Positions 39,271-52,302 of a stretch of DNA of 64,000 bases are shown piece by piece. Position 1 is the stretch's first letter; the number at the start of each line of letters is the position of its first letter. The notes beneath the pieces are model-generated. The model made no database searches. It was not told the origin of the DNA and saw nothing but the letters and a program-made list of their open reading frames with translations. Position numbers and translations under genes: made by a program. This DNA is from Okamejei kenojei (Eukaryota): contig CM069135.1 in NCBI GenBank assembly GCA_035221665.1, positions 75,082,001 to 75,146,000 of the forward strand, given 5' to 3'.

Positions 39271-41039
39271 CATACAGAATAGTGAAAGGCTTGGATAGAG
39301 TGGATGTGGGGAGGATGTTTCCACTCATGGGAGACTATGGACTAGAGGTCATGGTCTCAGAATTAAAGGAAGGAGATGAGGAGAAATTTATTTAGTCAGA
39401 GGATCGTGAACTGCGGAATTCTTTGCCACAGAAGGCTGTTGAGGCCAAGTCAGTGGATATTTTTAAGGGATAGCTAGATAGATTCTTAATTAGTACAGGT
39501 GTCAGTTATAGGGAGAAGGCAGGAGAATGGGGTTAGACGGGAGAAATAGATCAGCCATGACTGAATGGCGGAATAGACCTGTTTGGCCGAATGGCCTAAT
39601 TCTATTCCTATTCTTTATGACCTTATAGCCTTATAATTACAAAATGCAGGATGCACAGAAAAAAAAATGGAATTCAGAGAGCTCAGAGAGTTGCAGGGCC
39701 TACCAATATTACAGAGATATTAATGGGGGATTGAGGACTGGAGTCTTGGTGAAGTAGGGAAGGGAAAGGGATAACAGAGAGAGAGAGAGAAAGAGAAAGA
39801 GAGAGAGAGAGACTAAATAGGGAGTTACATGGAAGACAAGGGATGGTATAGAATATAAAGTGGAGGAGGGGTAAATGAGATGATTTGGAGTAAGAGGGCT
39901 TGAGGTGGGTGGTGGGAGGAGATCACCCTATCTAGCGTCCTGACAAGAATTTATAAATTGTCTAGATTTGTAGGTCTATTGGTTTGGTATAGTGAGTCAA
40001 CTTAAGTTCTGGGCCTGAGACCTAGTCTAGCCCTTGTCCCTGATTCCTATTTGCTGGCCTTTAGTCCCAGGCCCAGTCCAGTCCTTTGACTGGAGTCTGA
40101 GTTATTGGACCTGTCCAAGACCAACTTCAGGGTTGCTAGTTGTGCCAGGAATCCTCTCAGTCCCCCTCCGCAATGGGAAGAATGTAAATGCAGCCCAATG
40201 TCCAACAAAAAGCTACCATGCACTCTATATAATTTTAACATTTTATTTTTCTTCAAGTTTCCAATTTCACCCTTCAATAGTTCGAAACACTCAGAGGGAA
40301 GACACATCAATTATGTCCATGTTTCCCCAAATTGTAGTAGAAATGCCATTGCAGTTGCTTCTGCTCCCTCTTGTCTGTCGCCGGACACATGCTCTTGAAA
40401 GATTACATTCTCTTCTTTTATCAACCAAACAGTACCAACTTCAAGGTTCCTTTGTTTGTTTTACTTCAATGATTAGTTATTCTGGTAATACAATGGGTGA
40501 TGTGTTGTGTTAACACTGATACTCTTCAGTTTGCAGTGATTTGTACTCAGTCTTGGAATTCTTGGGTTGAAGAATGGGTTGAAGCTAAGGTGCATTCTGA
40601 GAAGGTGGCACAAGACTTGCACACATGTGATCTCCTTTCAATTGTTGCTCCTTCTGTTGTTTCAAAGAGAGACAGCATTCTTACCGTCCAGTAGGTTATT
40701 CTGTAAGCCTTATAACAGCAGCTTTATTTAAAGTGTTTTCAAAGTGTGTGATCCAGGCTCATTTGCTGCTAAATGATGTCTGTCCAGTGCTTCTAGCAAT
40801 TAGCAGTACAATATGGCACTATGCTTACATGCTATACGTTTCACATTATTTAATCTAGATCATTCATCAACAATATGAAGCATTTGGGCCAAATATGACC
40901 CAACAGATCATTCCTGAAATCTCATTGTGATGTACTCATGCTAATTCTGGACACACGGAGGAACCTTGCTGGATTAACACGAGTAGTGTGATTACACTTG
41001 GAATTACCTCCATATGTCCTGACCAGAATTTGCAACCAT

Positions 41040-41611
41040 GATATCTCTCTTTTTCTCTCTCCATCTCCCTCCCTCTTCCCCCCCAACCAACCAACCAACA
41101 GCCATTTGCTGTACATCACTTCAAACCAACCACCACCAACAGCCATTTGCTGTGCTTCACTTCAAACCAACCACCACCAACAGCCATTTGCTGTGCATCA
41201 CTTCAAACCAACCACATTTTCATTTTCAGACCACATTAAGGGCACTCAAGGTCAGTAAAACCACACTCACAGTTTAGTAGACATGTGTTCAGTTTATTCA
41301 CAGCTCAGACTGAGAGACATGACCCTCTCGCTCCCCCATCTTGCAGAGACTGCCTGAGGCACTCAACACCTCTGGGTTTTATAGTCCCTTCGGAAGGGGC
41401 GTGGCCTTCAGGAGCGAGAATCTCAAAAAATTTTAAACACTAATAACCCTTTTATTTTTCATCGATGGGGATAATCCACTTGTCCTGCACAGCGGAGGGG
41501 GACTGAGTACGATGGCCAAAACTCACAGTCGTAAGTTGCAGCGTTTGTTCTAAAATCAATATACAGAACAACAGAAAGTGGTGAAGATCAGACTTTTAGT
41601 AATATAGAAGA
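41040..41611 (-). mobile_element. 3'-truncated Helitron of the related subfamily
   Basis: 5' terminus TCTATATTACTAAAAGTCTGATCTT at 41608, homologous to 42720-43020, with an internal ~41-bp tandem repeat (41095-41215). No hairpin or CTAG end found. Confidence 0.65.
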
Positions 41612-42137
41612 TATATATACATATACAAACACACATATAAGTCTGTTTTGTTACAGAGTTGCTATAGCACGGAATAGAGTGCAAGGAGTGAAGCTTGTAA
41701 TGTAGCTTGAAATTTAAAAAGAGTTGTTTGGGAAAACCTATTAATTTGCAGGTGCCATGCTTGAGATTAGATGGCGTTTGTAATCTGTCTGTTAAATGGG
41801 GCGTCAGCTTTCTAGCATTTAAGGCAAGTTGTCAAGTTATATATTACTTATAGATTTGTGTAAGGCTAGCAGGTTAGAGTATATATTTTTTCAATTTCTT
41901 GTAAAACAATGTTTGATAAAGTATGTAATTCTCCGCGTATCCTGCTGATATTGATAACTGTAGATGTTCAAATAAATCATCCCAATCATTAGCTAGATAA
42001 CAAAATCTATATATTTGGAGGTTGAGATTCAGTATTAATAATGGCAGGAGAAACAACATAAGATATGGACTGAATAGACTTATTAGGACAAACACTATAG
42101 TTCAATGGATTTATTGTTTTATCTAAATAGTATCTAA

Positions 42138-43303
42138 CTAGACTAAGTGGGACCTGTTGGGTCCCATGTTCACACGGGAGGGCTGGTCCCCCGACGCAAT
42201 ATTCCACCTCTCCACCAATTCCAATATTGGTGGCCAGTGGGGGGGCTTTCTGGAGCGCTGGTATGCGTTCTTGGGGTGGCAGCTCAGTCCCTCAAGCCTG
42301 ATGTGCTGGCAGCTCACTCACGGCTGGTGGGCTGGCTGTTGACTCATGGCTATTCCTTGAAATTCTCTTTCAAGCAGGGTGCAAGGCCACCAAATTCAAA
42401 TCCATTTTCCTACCATTTCTGGCAGGGTGGAAGGCCACCAAATTCATGTGCAGTTTCTTACCATTTCAAGCAGGGTGCAAGGCCACCAAATTCAAATGCA
42501 GTTTCCTACCACTTCAAGCAGGGTGCAAGGCCACCAAATTCAAGTGCAGTTTCATACCACTTCAAGCAGGGTGCAAGGCCAAAGAATTCAAGTGCAGCTT
42601 CATACCATTTCATGCAGGGTGCAAGGCCGCCACATTCAAATGCAGTTTCATACCATTTCAAACAGGGTGAAACCACCATAAAACCACCATAAGACCACAC
42701 AAAACACCAAACTCGCAGTTCAGTAGACATTCAGTTTGTTCAGTTTATTCACAGCTCAGACAGCCGTGACCTCTCCCTCCCCCAGCATGCAGAGACTGAA
42801 CCACACGCACACTTCCGGGTTTTATAACCCCTCCCCCTCCCACCGGAAAAGGTTCGGCCTTCATGACAGGAGAGAGATACTCAACATTTTTTAAACACTA
42901 ATAACACTTTTATTTTTCATTGATGGGAAGAATCCACTGCACCTGCTGAGTGGAGGGAGACTGAGTAAGATGGCCAAAAATCACAGCCATAAGTAATAGT
43001 GTTTTATCTAAAATCAATATACAATTTCACTTCAAGCCAAAGCTCCCAAGCCACCATTTGCAGTAGTGCCTTTTCACTTCAAGCCAAAGCACCCAAGGCA
43101 CCATTTGCAGTAGTGCATTTTATTATTAACATTAATATCTCTCTTATTTTTCATCGATGGGAAAAATCCTCTGGTCCAGGAAGGCAGAGGGGGGCTCTGT
43201 GCGAACTGGCCAAAAGTTATGGCCGTAGATGGTAGCGTTCTCTCGGAAATCATGGCACAGCGAGCCAAAAGCGGTCAAGATCAGATTTTTAGTAATATAT
43301 AGA
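42138..43303 (-). mobile_element. Non-autonomous Helitron with an internal 48-bp tandem array
   Basis: On the minus strand: 5' A|TCTATATATTACTAAAAATCTGATCTTG, with the same 3' hairpin and CTAG|T. A 5'-subterminal-like segment is repeated internally (~42890-43020). Confidence 0.85.
42369..42668. repeat. 48-bp minisatellite, about 6 copies
   Basis: Unit approximately ttcaagcagggtgcaaggccaccaaattcaaatgcagtttcctaccac. It appears as a 16-aa periodicity in the ORF track. Confidence 0.9.
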
Positions 43304-44293
43304 TGTTCAGTTTTCTATAGTGTTCATTTGCATCTTTAACACATGTGGAGAAAGGAACTGCAGATGCTGGTTTACACCTAAGATAGATACAACATGCAGG
43401 ACTAACTCAGCAGGACAGGCAGCATTTCTGCAGAGAAGGAATGGGTGACATTTCGGGCTAAGAGCGTCTCGGCCCACGAAATGTCGCCCATTCATTCTAT
43501 CCAGAGATGCTGCCTGTCCGCAGAGTTACTCCAACATGTTGTATTTTCCTTTAACACATGTGTTGGTTTATTATTTACTATTCAAAAAAATCAATTGGTC
43601 AAACATTTATCCCCAATTTATTTGACCCTATCCATGCACTTGTTTCTCAATATGGGTGTATTATTTTCAGTTTGACTTTATATATGTGATTGCTCTTTGT
43701 TTTCACACAAGGTTTTCTGTTATCCCTTTGAAAACTTACAAAAATTTAATGTCCCAATTGTTTATTTACCTAGGCAGTCAACGATCAAGTTAAGATAGGT
43801 GTTTTGCAACTCAGTCATTATTTACTTTGGAAGAAACTCACTAGTTTGTACTAGTTTAGAGAACTTTGGTCCAGTGATATGGTCTTTTTTGTACTGATTG
43901 CAGGATTAATATATAAGGGCAAATTAATTGCTTAATATGACAAAGAAATTATAGTGCACATAACATACATTGACCTTTGGATAGTGTTCTCCATGTATGT
44001 AACATGCCTAATCATGGATGCAGGGCATGAAGCAGTGGTGCCTGGCATATAATTCTCAAAACAAATCGAAGGGAAGCACAAATGCTGAAGTAACTCAGCA
44101 GGACTCGAGACCCAAAATGTCACCCATTCCTTCTCTCCACAGATGCTGCCTGTCCCGCTGAGTTACTCCAGCATTTTATGTCTATATAGAACCATGGTTC
44201 GTTTTGACAGGTTGTATGTGGAGATAATATTTTTTCATGCAGGAAAATCTAGAACTAGGGTCACTATTTAAAGTGGTAGTTTTCCTACCACTA

Positions 44294-44681
44294 CATTCTG
44301 AGAAGGTGGCACAAGTACACATGTGATCTCCTTTCAATTGTTGCTCCTTCTGTTGTTTCAGAGAGACAGCTTTCTTACCGCCTAGTAGGCTATTCTGTAA
44401 GCCTTATAACAGCAGCTTTATTTAAAGTGTTTTCAAAGTGTGTGCTCCAGGCTCATTTGCTGCTAAATGATGTCTGTCCAGTGCTTCTAGCAATTAGCAG
44501 TACAATATGGCACTATGCTTACATGCTATATGTTTCACATTATTTAATCTAGATCATTCATCAACAATATGAAGCATTTGGGCCAAATCTGACCCAACAG
44601 ATCATTCCTGAAATCTCATTGCGATGTACTCATGCTAATTCTGGACACACAGAGGAACCTTCCTCCATTAACACGAGTAGT
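44294..44681 (+). repeat. Local direct duplication (~390 bp) of 40593-40987
   Basis: Near-identical sequence from cattctgagaaggtggcacaag to ttaacacgagtagt at both sites. Confidence 0.92.
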
Positions 44682-46378
44682 ATTTAAAAAAATAACATGA
44701 ATCATCCTTGTCAGAGAGAGATAACGTTATTTTTACTTTCTCCCATAACTGTCTTATTTAAAGGTTGGTTGAAGCAGATTCTTTGAATATTTTTAAGGCA
44801 GAGCTTGGAGGTCCTACTATTCGTATGATAATCCTCATTTTTAATTTCTTATCAACCCCCTCCCCCAGATTCTACCACTCAACTGCACACCGGCGATTTA
44901 CAGCGGCAGAGTAACCTAACAATCTGCAAGTCTTTGTGATGTGGGAGAAGACTGCAGGAGACCCACGCAGTCACAGAGAGAATGTACAAATGCCACACAG
45001 ACAGTCTCCAAGGTATTGTTAAATAGTATAGGTAGAGCATACTGATATTGGCTTGAGAACAGATTGCCTATCATTATTTAGTTGGGATGTGCAATTATAC
45101 GTAGGTCATTCCAGCCCTTAAGTGTGAGCTATCATTTAATTACCCCATGCCTTATGCATGACTTTACTTAATTTATCCATCTTGGTTCTTTAATAACTTT
45201 GGCTATATTAATATAATCCAGGTTAAACTAATATTGATTGAGAAAAATGTGCAGCGTGATTCATCAGTAAGATGGCATCGATTTGGCATCATTCTGCAAC
45301 TTAATTGCAGTTGCTGAAGAGCAAATCTGACATTTTAACACCTGAGAACCTTTTAAGCATGCGTGCATTTCATGAATGTTAATGCAAAGCTGACTTTTCT
45401 GTCAAGTAACTGATAATAAATCCATTGCTCTGTCAGCCATCTGATTGCTGACATTTGAGTTCTGGTGAGTAGAAAGCAGCAGGTGAGTATGAATGCACAA
45501 TATCAGAAAATGACACATATGTCCGTAGAAGACATTTCTGATGCCCTTCTTCATTCAGCCCCAAACTAAGTGTGAAGTATAATGGAATGCACACCATAAT
45601 TTGTGTTAGGCTATTTTGAAAGTGATTATATGCATGGTTTGATCTCCAGTCAATGGTGAGTGGCATGATTTTGTTAGAGCAATGATGGAACCATTTTCTT
45701 AGTGAGTCAGAGTTCAGGAAAGAGCAAGCAGCTGAGATTGATCAGTTTATATTGATTGTTATAAAAAATAAATTCAAGTTTAAGGTCAGTTGTAGCACAC
45801 CTCCCATAAAATGGTGCATTGGCACAAGCAATTGTATATCGTCAGCAAGAAATCTGTGGCGAGAGGGGAAATATTTAATGGGAACCCGAGGGGCAGCTTT
45901 CTCATACACAGGGTGGTGCATATATGGAATTGGATGCCAGAGGAGGTACTTGAGGCAGATACTTTAACAACATTGAAAAAAAAAAATTGGCCAGAAACAT
46001 GGATAGGAAAAGTTTAGAGGGACATGGGCCAAACACAGGCATGTGGGACTCGAGTAGATTGAGAATCTTGGTCGGTATGGGCAAGTTGGGCTGGTGCCAA
46101 TTTCTGTGCAGTGTGACTATGGATCAATATTTCCGGGCAAGTAAAACAAATTAGCACGAATTAAAACAGAAAATAACTCAACCATGAATTTGCATTACCA
46201 TAACTAATATCCATAGTTTGATTAAAGGTAAATGTGTTTTCCTTACATTTAGATCAGTCAAGCTTCCTTTGTAAATTATGGAAACTGAAAATGCTTGTTT
46301 CCACAAATCAAACAACAATAGCATCCAGGAAATAAATTTGTGTTGTTAATATCAACAAATGGCAACTAAATCACTTAC

Positions 46379-46618
46379 CACGAGGTTAAAAGAGACAATC
46401 TGCTAATAATGGCGTAGAAAGTTTTATGGAGGATGCAGCTGGTCGTGTGCAATGTGAAAAGAGCAGGGTGTTGCATAAGAAGTTCAAATGTTTACTGTTC
46501 TAAAATGTTGTAATCACAAAGTTTATTTGCTTCACCACAGAAATCAAGGTCACATTTTTGTTAACCTATAACATTAGAGCAACTTAACAGGACATCTGTT
46601 CCAATAAGAATATTTATA
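46379..46618 (-). promoter_or_regulatory. Candidate TATA box and non-coding exon 1 of the Cx32.2-like gene
   Basis: TATAAATA (minus) at 46611-46618 and donor GTG|gtaagtga (intron starts at 46378) in non-repetitive sequence. The donor context matches gja1 exon 1. No transcript evidence. Confidence 0.4.
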
Positions 46619-46869
46619 ACTATTCCATTTAATAACTGTTAAATGAAACATCTGGATGATTTTGGTTTTGTTTAATGAGTGGAAAATATCAGTTTTGAAA
46701 CGTAAACCGGCTTTCCCAAGTGACCACACAAGATACTTTCAAATAGAATGACAATACCCTTCTTATTTAGGTATGATGCATCTTCACAATATCCTATTTG
46801 TATCAAAGCACGTCCTAATTAGAAATAGAATTTAACCTCGAGACCTGAATCTTGAAAAATGGGTGAGTT

Positions 46870-47010
46870 TAAGGGCTGGAAGATTGCAACCTTCACGTGG
46901 TCTGCCCTGTTTCGACTAATGCAATCAACTTGACATGCACAAACGGAAGATCAAATAGAACAAGTTGTCCAACGACTTTAGGTTGTGCACGCCACACGAA
47001 AGAAGAAGAA
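46870..47010 (+). mobile_element. Second copy of the (GAA)n-tailed short retroposon
   Basis: TSD GGTGAGTT (46862-46869 / 47011-47018). Homologous to 25379-25515. Confidence 0.75.
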
Positions 47011-47079
47011 GGTGAGTTGTAAGATGTAGAGTCATTTCGACAGGGAAGGAAAGTGACAAAGACTACGGATGCTGTCTGT

Positions 47080-47915
47080 ACGTCTTTGGAGTGAGGGAGG
47101 AAACCAAAGATCTCGGCGAAAACCCACGCAAATCACGGGGAGAACGTAAAAACTACGTACAGACAGCATCCGTAGTCGGGATCGAAACCTGGTCTCCGGT
47201 GCTGCATTCGCTGTAAAGTAGCAACTCTACCACTGCGCCACTGTGACCGCCCTTTGGAGAATTATAGTAATTAAAGTAGAATTGGAAGAGTTGAGTGTCC
47301 AAACTTAGGGTGGCACAGTGGCGCAGTGGTAGAGTTGCTGTCTTACAGCGCTTGCGGCGCCGGAGACCCAGGTTCAATCCCGGCTACGGGTGCTGTCTGT
47401 ACGGAGTTTGTACATTCCCCTGTGACCACATGGGTTTTCTCAGAGATAAAGTATAAAGTAAAGTATAAAGTATCCTTTATTGTCATTCAAACTTTTGGTT
47501 TGAACTAAATTACGTGCCTTGCAGTCATGACAGAGAATAAAATAACAGAACACACAATGAATACAGTTTAACATCCACCACAGTGAGTCTACCAGGCACC
47601 TCCTCACTGTGATGGAAGGCAAAAGTCTTTCCAGGCTTTTGATGTTGGGCCACCCGCTGGGTGATGGTAAGTCCCGCGGCCGAATCGGAGCTCCGCGAGC
47701 GGGTCGGTTCAAACTTGGGCAGCGCCGCCACTTCCGGATCTTCGGTTTCCTCCCATACTCTAAAGACGTATAGGTTTGCAGGTTAATTGGCTTGGTATAA
47801 GTGTAAATTGTCCCTAGTGTGTGTAAGGTAGCTTTAATGTGCGGGGATCGCTGGTCGGCGCGGACTTGGTGGGCCGGAGGGCCTGTTTCCGTGCTGTATC
47901 TCCAAACAAAACTAA
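47080..47915. mobile_element. Two tRNA-SINEs head-to-head (47080-47251 minus; 47308-47915 plus, interrupted by an insert at ~47442-47736)
   Basis: Inverted SINE heads lie ~55 bp apart. The plus copy ends in (aaact)n. Confidence 0.75.
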
Positions 47916-49179
47916 ATTTAAAAGGAATTAAAGGCAATGCAGCAAAAAAATCAACGACCAATTATAGGAAGGAAAAGATTAAGGTAATCACTCAGGATAG
48001 TCCATACCAAAACACAGTGTGGCATTGGTGGCTAACAAATAAAGGTAATGAACAATTGTTACAGTTCTTGAAGTGTTAGAAATGAAAAGAGAAGTAAGGA
48101 AGTCAATATACCACAGAACAAAACAGACCTGTTATCACCATTGAAACTTGGCTACAAGCATGAGTGGAAAATAAACATAAGAGTAATACGGCCAGAAATT
48201 TGAACTGTAGTTTGAAGGATTGAAAACCTGGAACTCATTTCATGAGTAGAATATGATGTAGTTTAAAAGAGACAGAGCAAACACAATCTGGTATATTTTG
48301 TAAATATATAAATAAATCATGTGAATAAGTAGCACGGCCAGGGCATATGCATGATTTAAGTTAGTCTGTCATAATGTGTGTGGAAACTCCTGTTAAGTTC
48401 TGGAGCTAGATTATTCAAATTTTAGAACATACCATCACCACAACATCACAATGACCACAAATGCATAAGCAGCAAAGATAGTTTCAAATACAAATATAGT
48501 CTGGCATTCAGAAAGGTTTGTAGCATCTCTGGAGTTTCACTCATAACATGACTCAACAAGTGGTCAACTCTGCGTGGTGCTCAGATGTATCAGTCCTATC
48601 CAACTCCTGCTCTCCACACCTGGAACACCTGGCCGTGAAATGCTGTCCCTTCTACCTACAAAGGGAATTCACCTCCATCATTCTGACAGCGGTCTACATC
48701 CCACCCCAGGCAGATGTCCACTGGGGGAGCTGCACGCTGTGGTCAACAAGCACCAGACGACTTACCCCGAGGCATTTACCACCATAGCTTCAACAAAGCC
48801 AACCTAAAGAAATTGCTCCCTAATTTCCACCAACATGTCTCCTGCAGCACCAGAGGATCAAACACCTTCGACCACTGCTACATGACCATCAGACGCCTAT
48901 CGCTCTATCCCTCGCCCTCACTTCGGTAAATCCGACCATACTGCGGTGCTGTTTCTTCCTGCCTCCAGGCAGCAATTAAACAGCGCACCCACAGAAGTAA
49001 GGACTGTACAGAGCTGGTCGGGGGTGGGGGGGAGGGACGGCAACGGAACTGAATGAATATGCTACAGTCGTTATAGACTTCATAAAGAAATGTGTGGAGG
49101 ACTACATCCCAACAAAAACCTTCCTAGTGTTTCCTAACCAGAATGCTTGGATGAACCATGAGATCCGCATCCTTCCAGA

Positions 49180-50618
49180 TCATAGAAACATAGAAAATAG
49201 GTGCAGGTGGAGGCTATTCGGCCCTTCAAGCCAGCACTGCCATTCATTGTGATCAAGGCTGATCATCCCCAATCAATAACCCGTGCCTGCCTTCTCCCCA
49301 TATCCCTTGATTCCACTAGCCCCTAGAGGTCTATCTAACTCTCTCTTAAATCCATCCAGTAATTTGGCCTCCACTGCCCTCTGTGGCAAGGAATTCCACA
49401 ACTTCACAACTCTCTGGGTGGAAACGGTTTTTCTCACCTCAGTCTTAAATGGCCTCCCCTTTATTCTAAGACTGTGTCCCCTGGTTCTGGACTCGCCCAA
49501 CATTGGGAACATTTTTCCTGCATCTAGTTTGTCCAGTCCTTTTATAATTTTATATGTTTCCATAAAATTTTCCCTCATCCTTCTAAACTCCAGTCTAGTC
49601 TTTTCAATCTTTCCTCATATGACTGGCCTGCCATCCCAGGGATCAATCTTGTGAACCTACGCTGCACTGCCTGAATCACAAGGATGTCCTTCCTCAAATT
49701 AGGAGTCCAAAACTGTCCACAATACTCCAGATGTGGTCTTACCAGAGCCCTATACAACTGCAGAAGAACCTCTCAACTCCTATACTGAAATCCTCTTGTT
49801 ATGAAGGCCGACATTCTATTAGCTTTCTTCACTGCCTGCTGTACCTGCACACCAACTTTCAGTGACCGGTGTACAAGGACACCCAGGTCTCACTGTACCT
49901 CCCCCTGACCTAACCTAACCCCATTGAGAAAATAATCTGCCCCCTTGTTTTTGCCACCAAAGTGGATAACCTCACATTTATCTATATTATACTGCATCTG
50001 CCACGCATCTGCCACTCACTCAACCCGTCCAGGTCACCCTGCAACCTCCTAACATCCTCTTCACAGTTCACACTGCCACCCAACTTTGTGTCATCCGCAA
50101 ACTTGCTAGTGTTGCTCCTAATTCCCTCTTCCAAATCATTAATATATTTGGTAAACAGTTGCGGCCCCAACACCGAGTCTTGCAGCACTCTGCTCGCCAC
50201 TGCCTGCCATTCTGAAATTGACCCGTTCTCTCCTACTCTTTGCTTCCTGTCTGCCAACCAATTTTGTATCCACGTCAACACCCTACCCCCCAATACCATG
50301 TGCTCTAATTTTAGTCACCAGTCTCCCGTGCGGGACCTTATCAAAGGATTTCTGAAAGTCTAGATACACTACATCCACTGGTTCCCCTTCATCCATTTTA
50401 CTTATAAAATCCTCAAAAAATTCCAGAAGATTAGTCAAGCATGATTTTCCTTTCATAAATCCATGCTGACTAGGACTAATCTATTTACTGCTACCCAAAT
50501 GCCCCATTATTGCCTCATTAATAATTGACTCCAGCATCTTTCCCACCACCGAAGTCAGGCTAACTGTTCTGTAATTCCCCGTTTTCTCTCTCGCTCCTTT
50601 CTTCAAAAGTGGGATAAC
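49180..50618 (-). mobile_element. CR1 LINE inserted in the Rex1-type element
   Basis: CR1 RT motifs in ORFs 49273-50299, with a catagaaa tail repeat at ~49181-49197. Confidence 0.9.
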
Positions 50619-52302
50619 ATCCTGGCATTCAGGTCTGGAGATACAGAGGTCTACAAGAAGTCCAGATATGACCTTGGTAAGGCCATCAAAAAGGCCAAAA
50701 GGGACTTCTGCTCCAAGCTGGAGGATGAGACGGATGTTCAGCAACTGTGGCAGGGCTTAACTGCCATCACCTCCTACAAGGCGAAATCAGGAGGCAGCTC
50801 AATTGTCAGCAAAGCATCACTCCCTGACGATCTCAATGTGTTTTACGCACGTTTTGAAAGGGAGAACACTAATGTGCCTTCCCGAGCCCCCATTCGCCAT
50901 GATGGTATTTCAGTCACAGTCACAGAGGCCGACGTCAGAAGATCCTTCAGGGGGGTGAAAGCGCCTGGACCTGATGGTATACCCGGTCGTGTTCTAAAAA
51001 CCTGTGCGGACCAACTGGCTGGACTTTTTACGGATATTTTCAACCTCTTACTTCTGAGGTCTGAGGTTCCCATCTGCTTTAAAAGGGCATCAATAATACC
51101 GGTGCCCAAGAGCAAGGAGACGTGCCTCAATGATTATCGATCAGTGGCACTAATGTCTGTGGTGATGAAGTGCTTTGAGAGGTTGATTATGGCGCATATC
51201 ACCTCCTACCTCGACAGGAACCTGGACCCACTGCAGTTCACTTACCACCACAACAGATCAATGGTGGATGCGATCTCACTGGCTCTCCACTCCACTCTGG
51301 ACCACTTGGACAACAAAAACTCATATGTCAGGCTGTTTTTCATCGATTACAGCACGGCATTTAATACCATCATCCCCTCCAAGCTGGTTACCAAGCTCTC
51401 AGATCTGGGTCTCTGCACATCCCTCTGCAATTGGATCCTCGACTTCCTCATCCACAGACCACAGTCTGTCCGTATGGTGGAAATGTGTCATCGTCAATAA
51501 CAATCAGCATGGGAGCACCACAAGACTGCCTGCTCAGCCCCCTGCTTTACTCACTCTATACTCATGACTGCGTAGCCGGACATATTATGAACTCCATCAT
51601 CAAGTTCGCCAACGACACCACTGTTGTGGGATGAATCACTGATGGTGACGAGTCAGAGTATAGAAGTGAGATCGACCGATTGACCAAATGGTGCCGGCAC
51701 AATAACCTGGCTCTCAACACCAGCAAAACCAAGGAACTGATAGTGGACTTTGGAAGGGGTAGGATAGGGACCCACAATCCCGTTTGTATTAACGGGACGA
51801 TGGTGGAAAGGGTCAAGAACTTCAAATTCCTGGGCATGCATATTTCCGAAGATCTTTCCTGGTCCCAGCACACTGATGAAATTATAAAGAAAGCACATCA
51901 GCGCCTCTACTTCCTGAGAAGATTACGGGAAGTCTCAGAGAGGACTCTCTCGAAATTCTACAGGTGCACAGTAGAGAGCATGCCGACTGGTTGCATCGTA
52001 GCTTGGTTCGGCAACTTGAGCGTCCAGGAGCGGAAAATAATGCAGAAAGTTGTGACCACTGCCCAGTCCATCATCGGCTCTGACCTCCCCACCATCGAAG
52101 GTGTCTATCGCAGTGGGTACCTCAAAAAGGCTGCCAACATCCGCTGCTCTCCATTCCGTAAGACCATCAGTAAGACCAAGGAACTGATTGTGGACTTTAG
52201 TAGGGGAAGGATGAGGAACCACAATCCTGTTTATATCAATGGGACGATGGTGGAAAGGGTCAAGAACTTCAAATTCCTGGGCATGCATATATCAGAAGAT
52301 AT

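Noticed and set aside
40034-40694. 159-aa and neighbouring ORFs
   Set aside because: No recognisable protein features; likely chance ORFs.
42147-42692. 181-aa ORF with 16-aa repeats, and a possible CRISPR-like array
   Set aside because: A head-to-tail 48-bp minisatellite inside a Helitron, with no unique spacers, no cas genes and a eukaryotic context.
47308-47400. tRNA-like A/B boxes (also at ~11560-11640, 30277 and 58203)
   Set aside because: SINE heads followed by SINE bodies; no complete cloverleaf.
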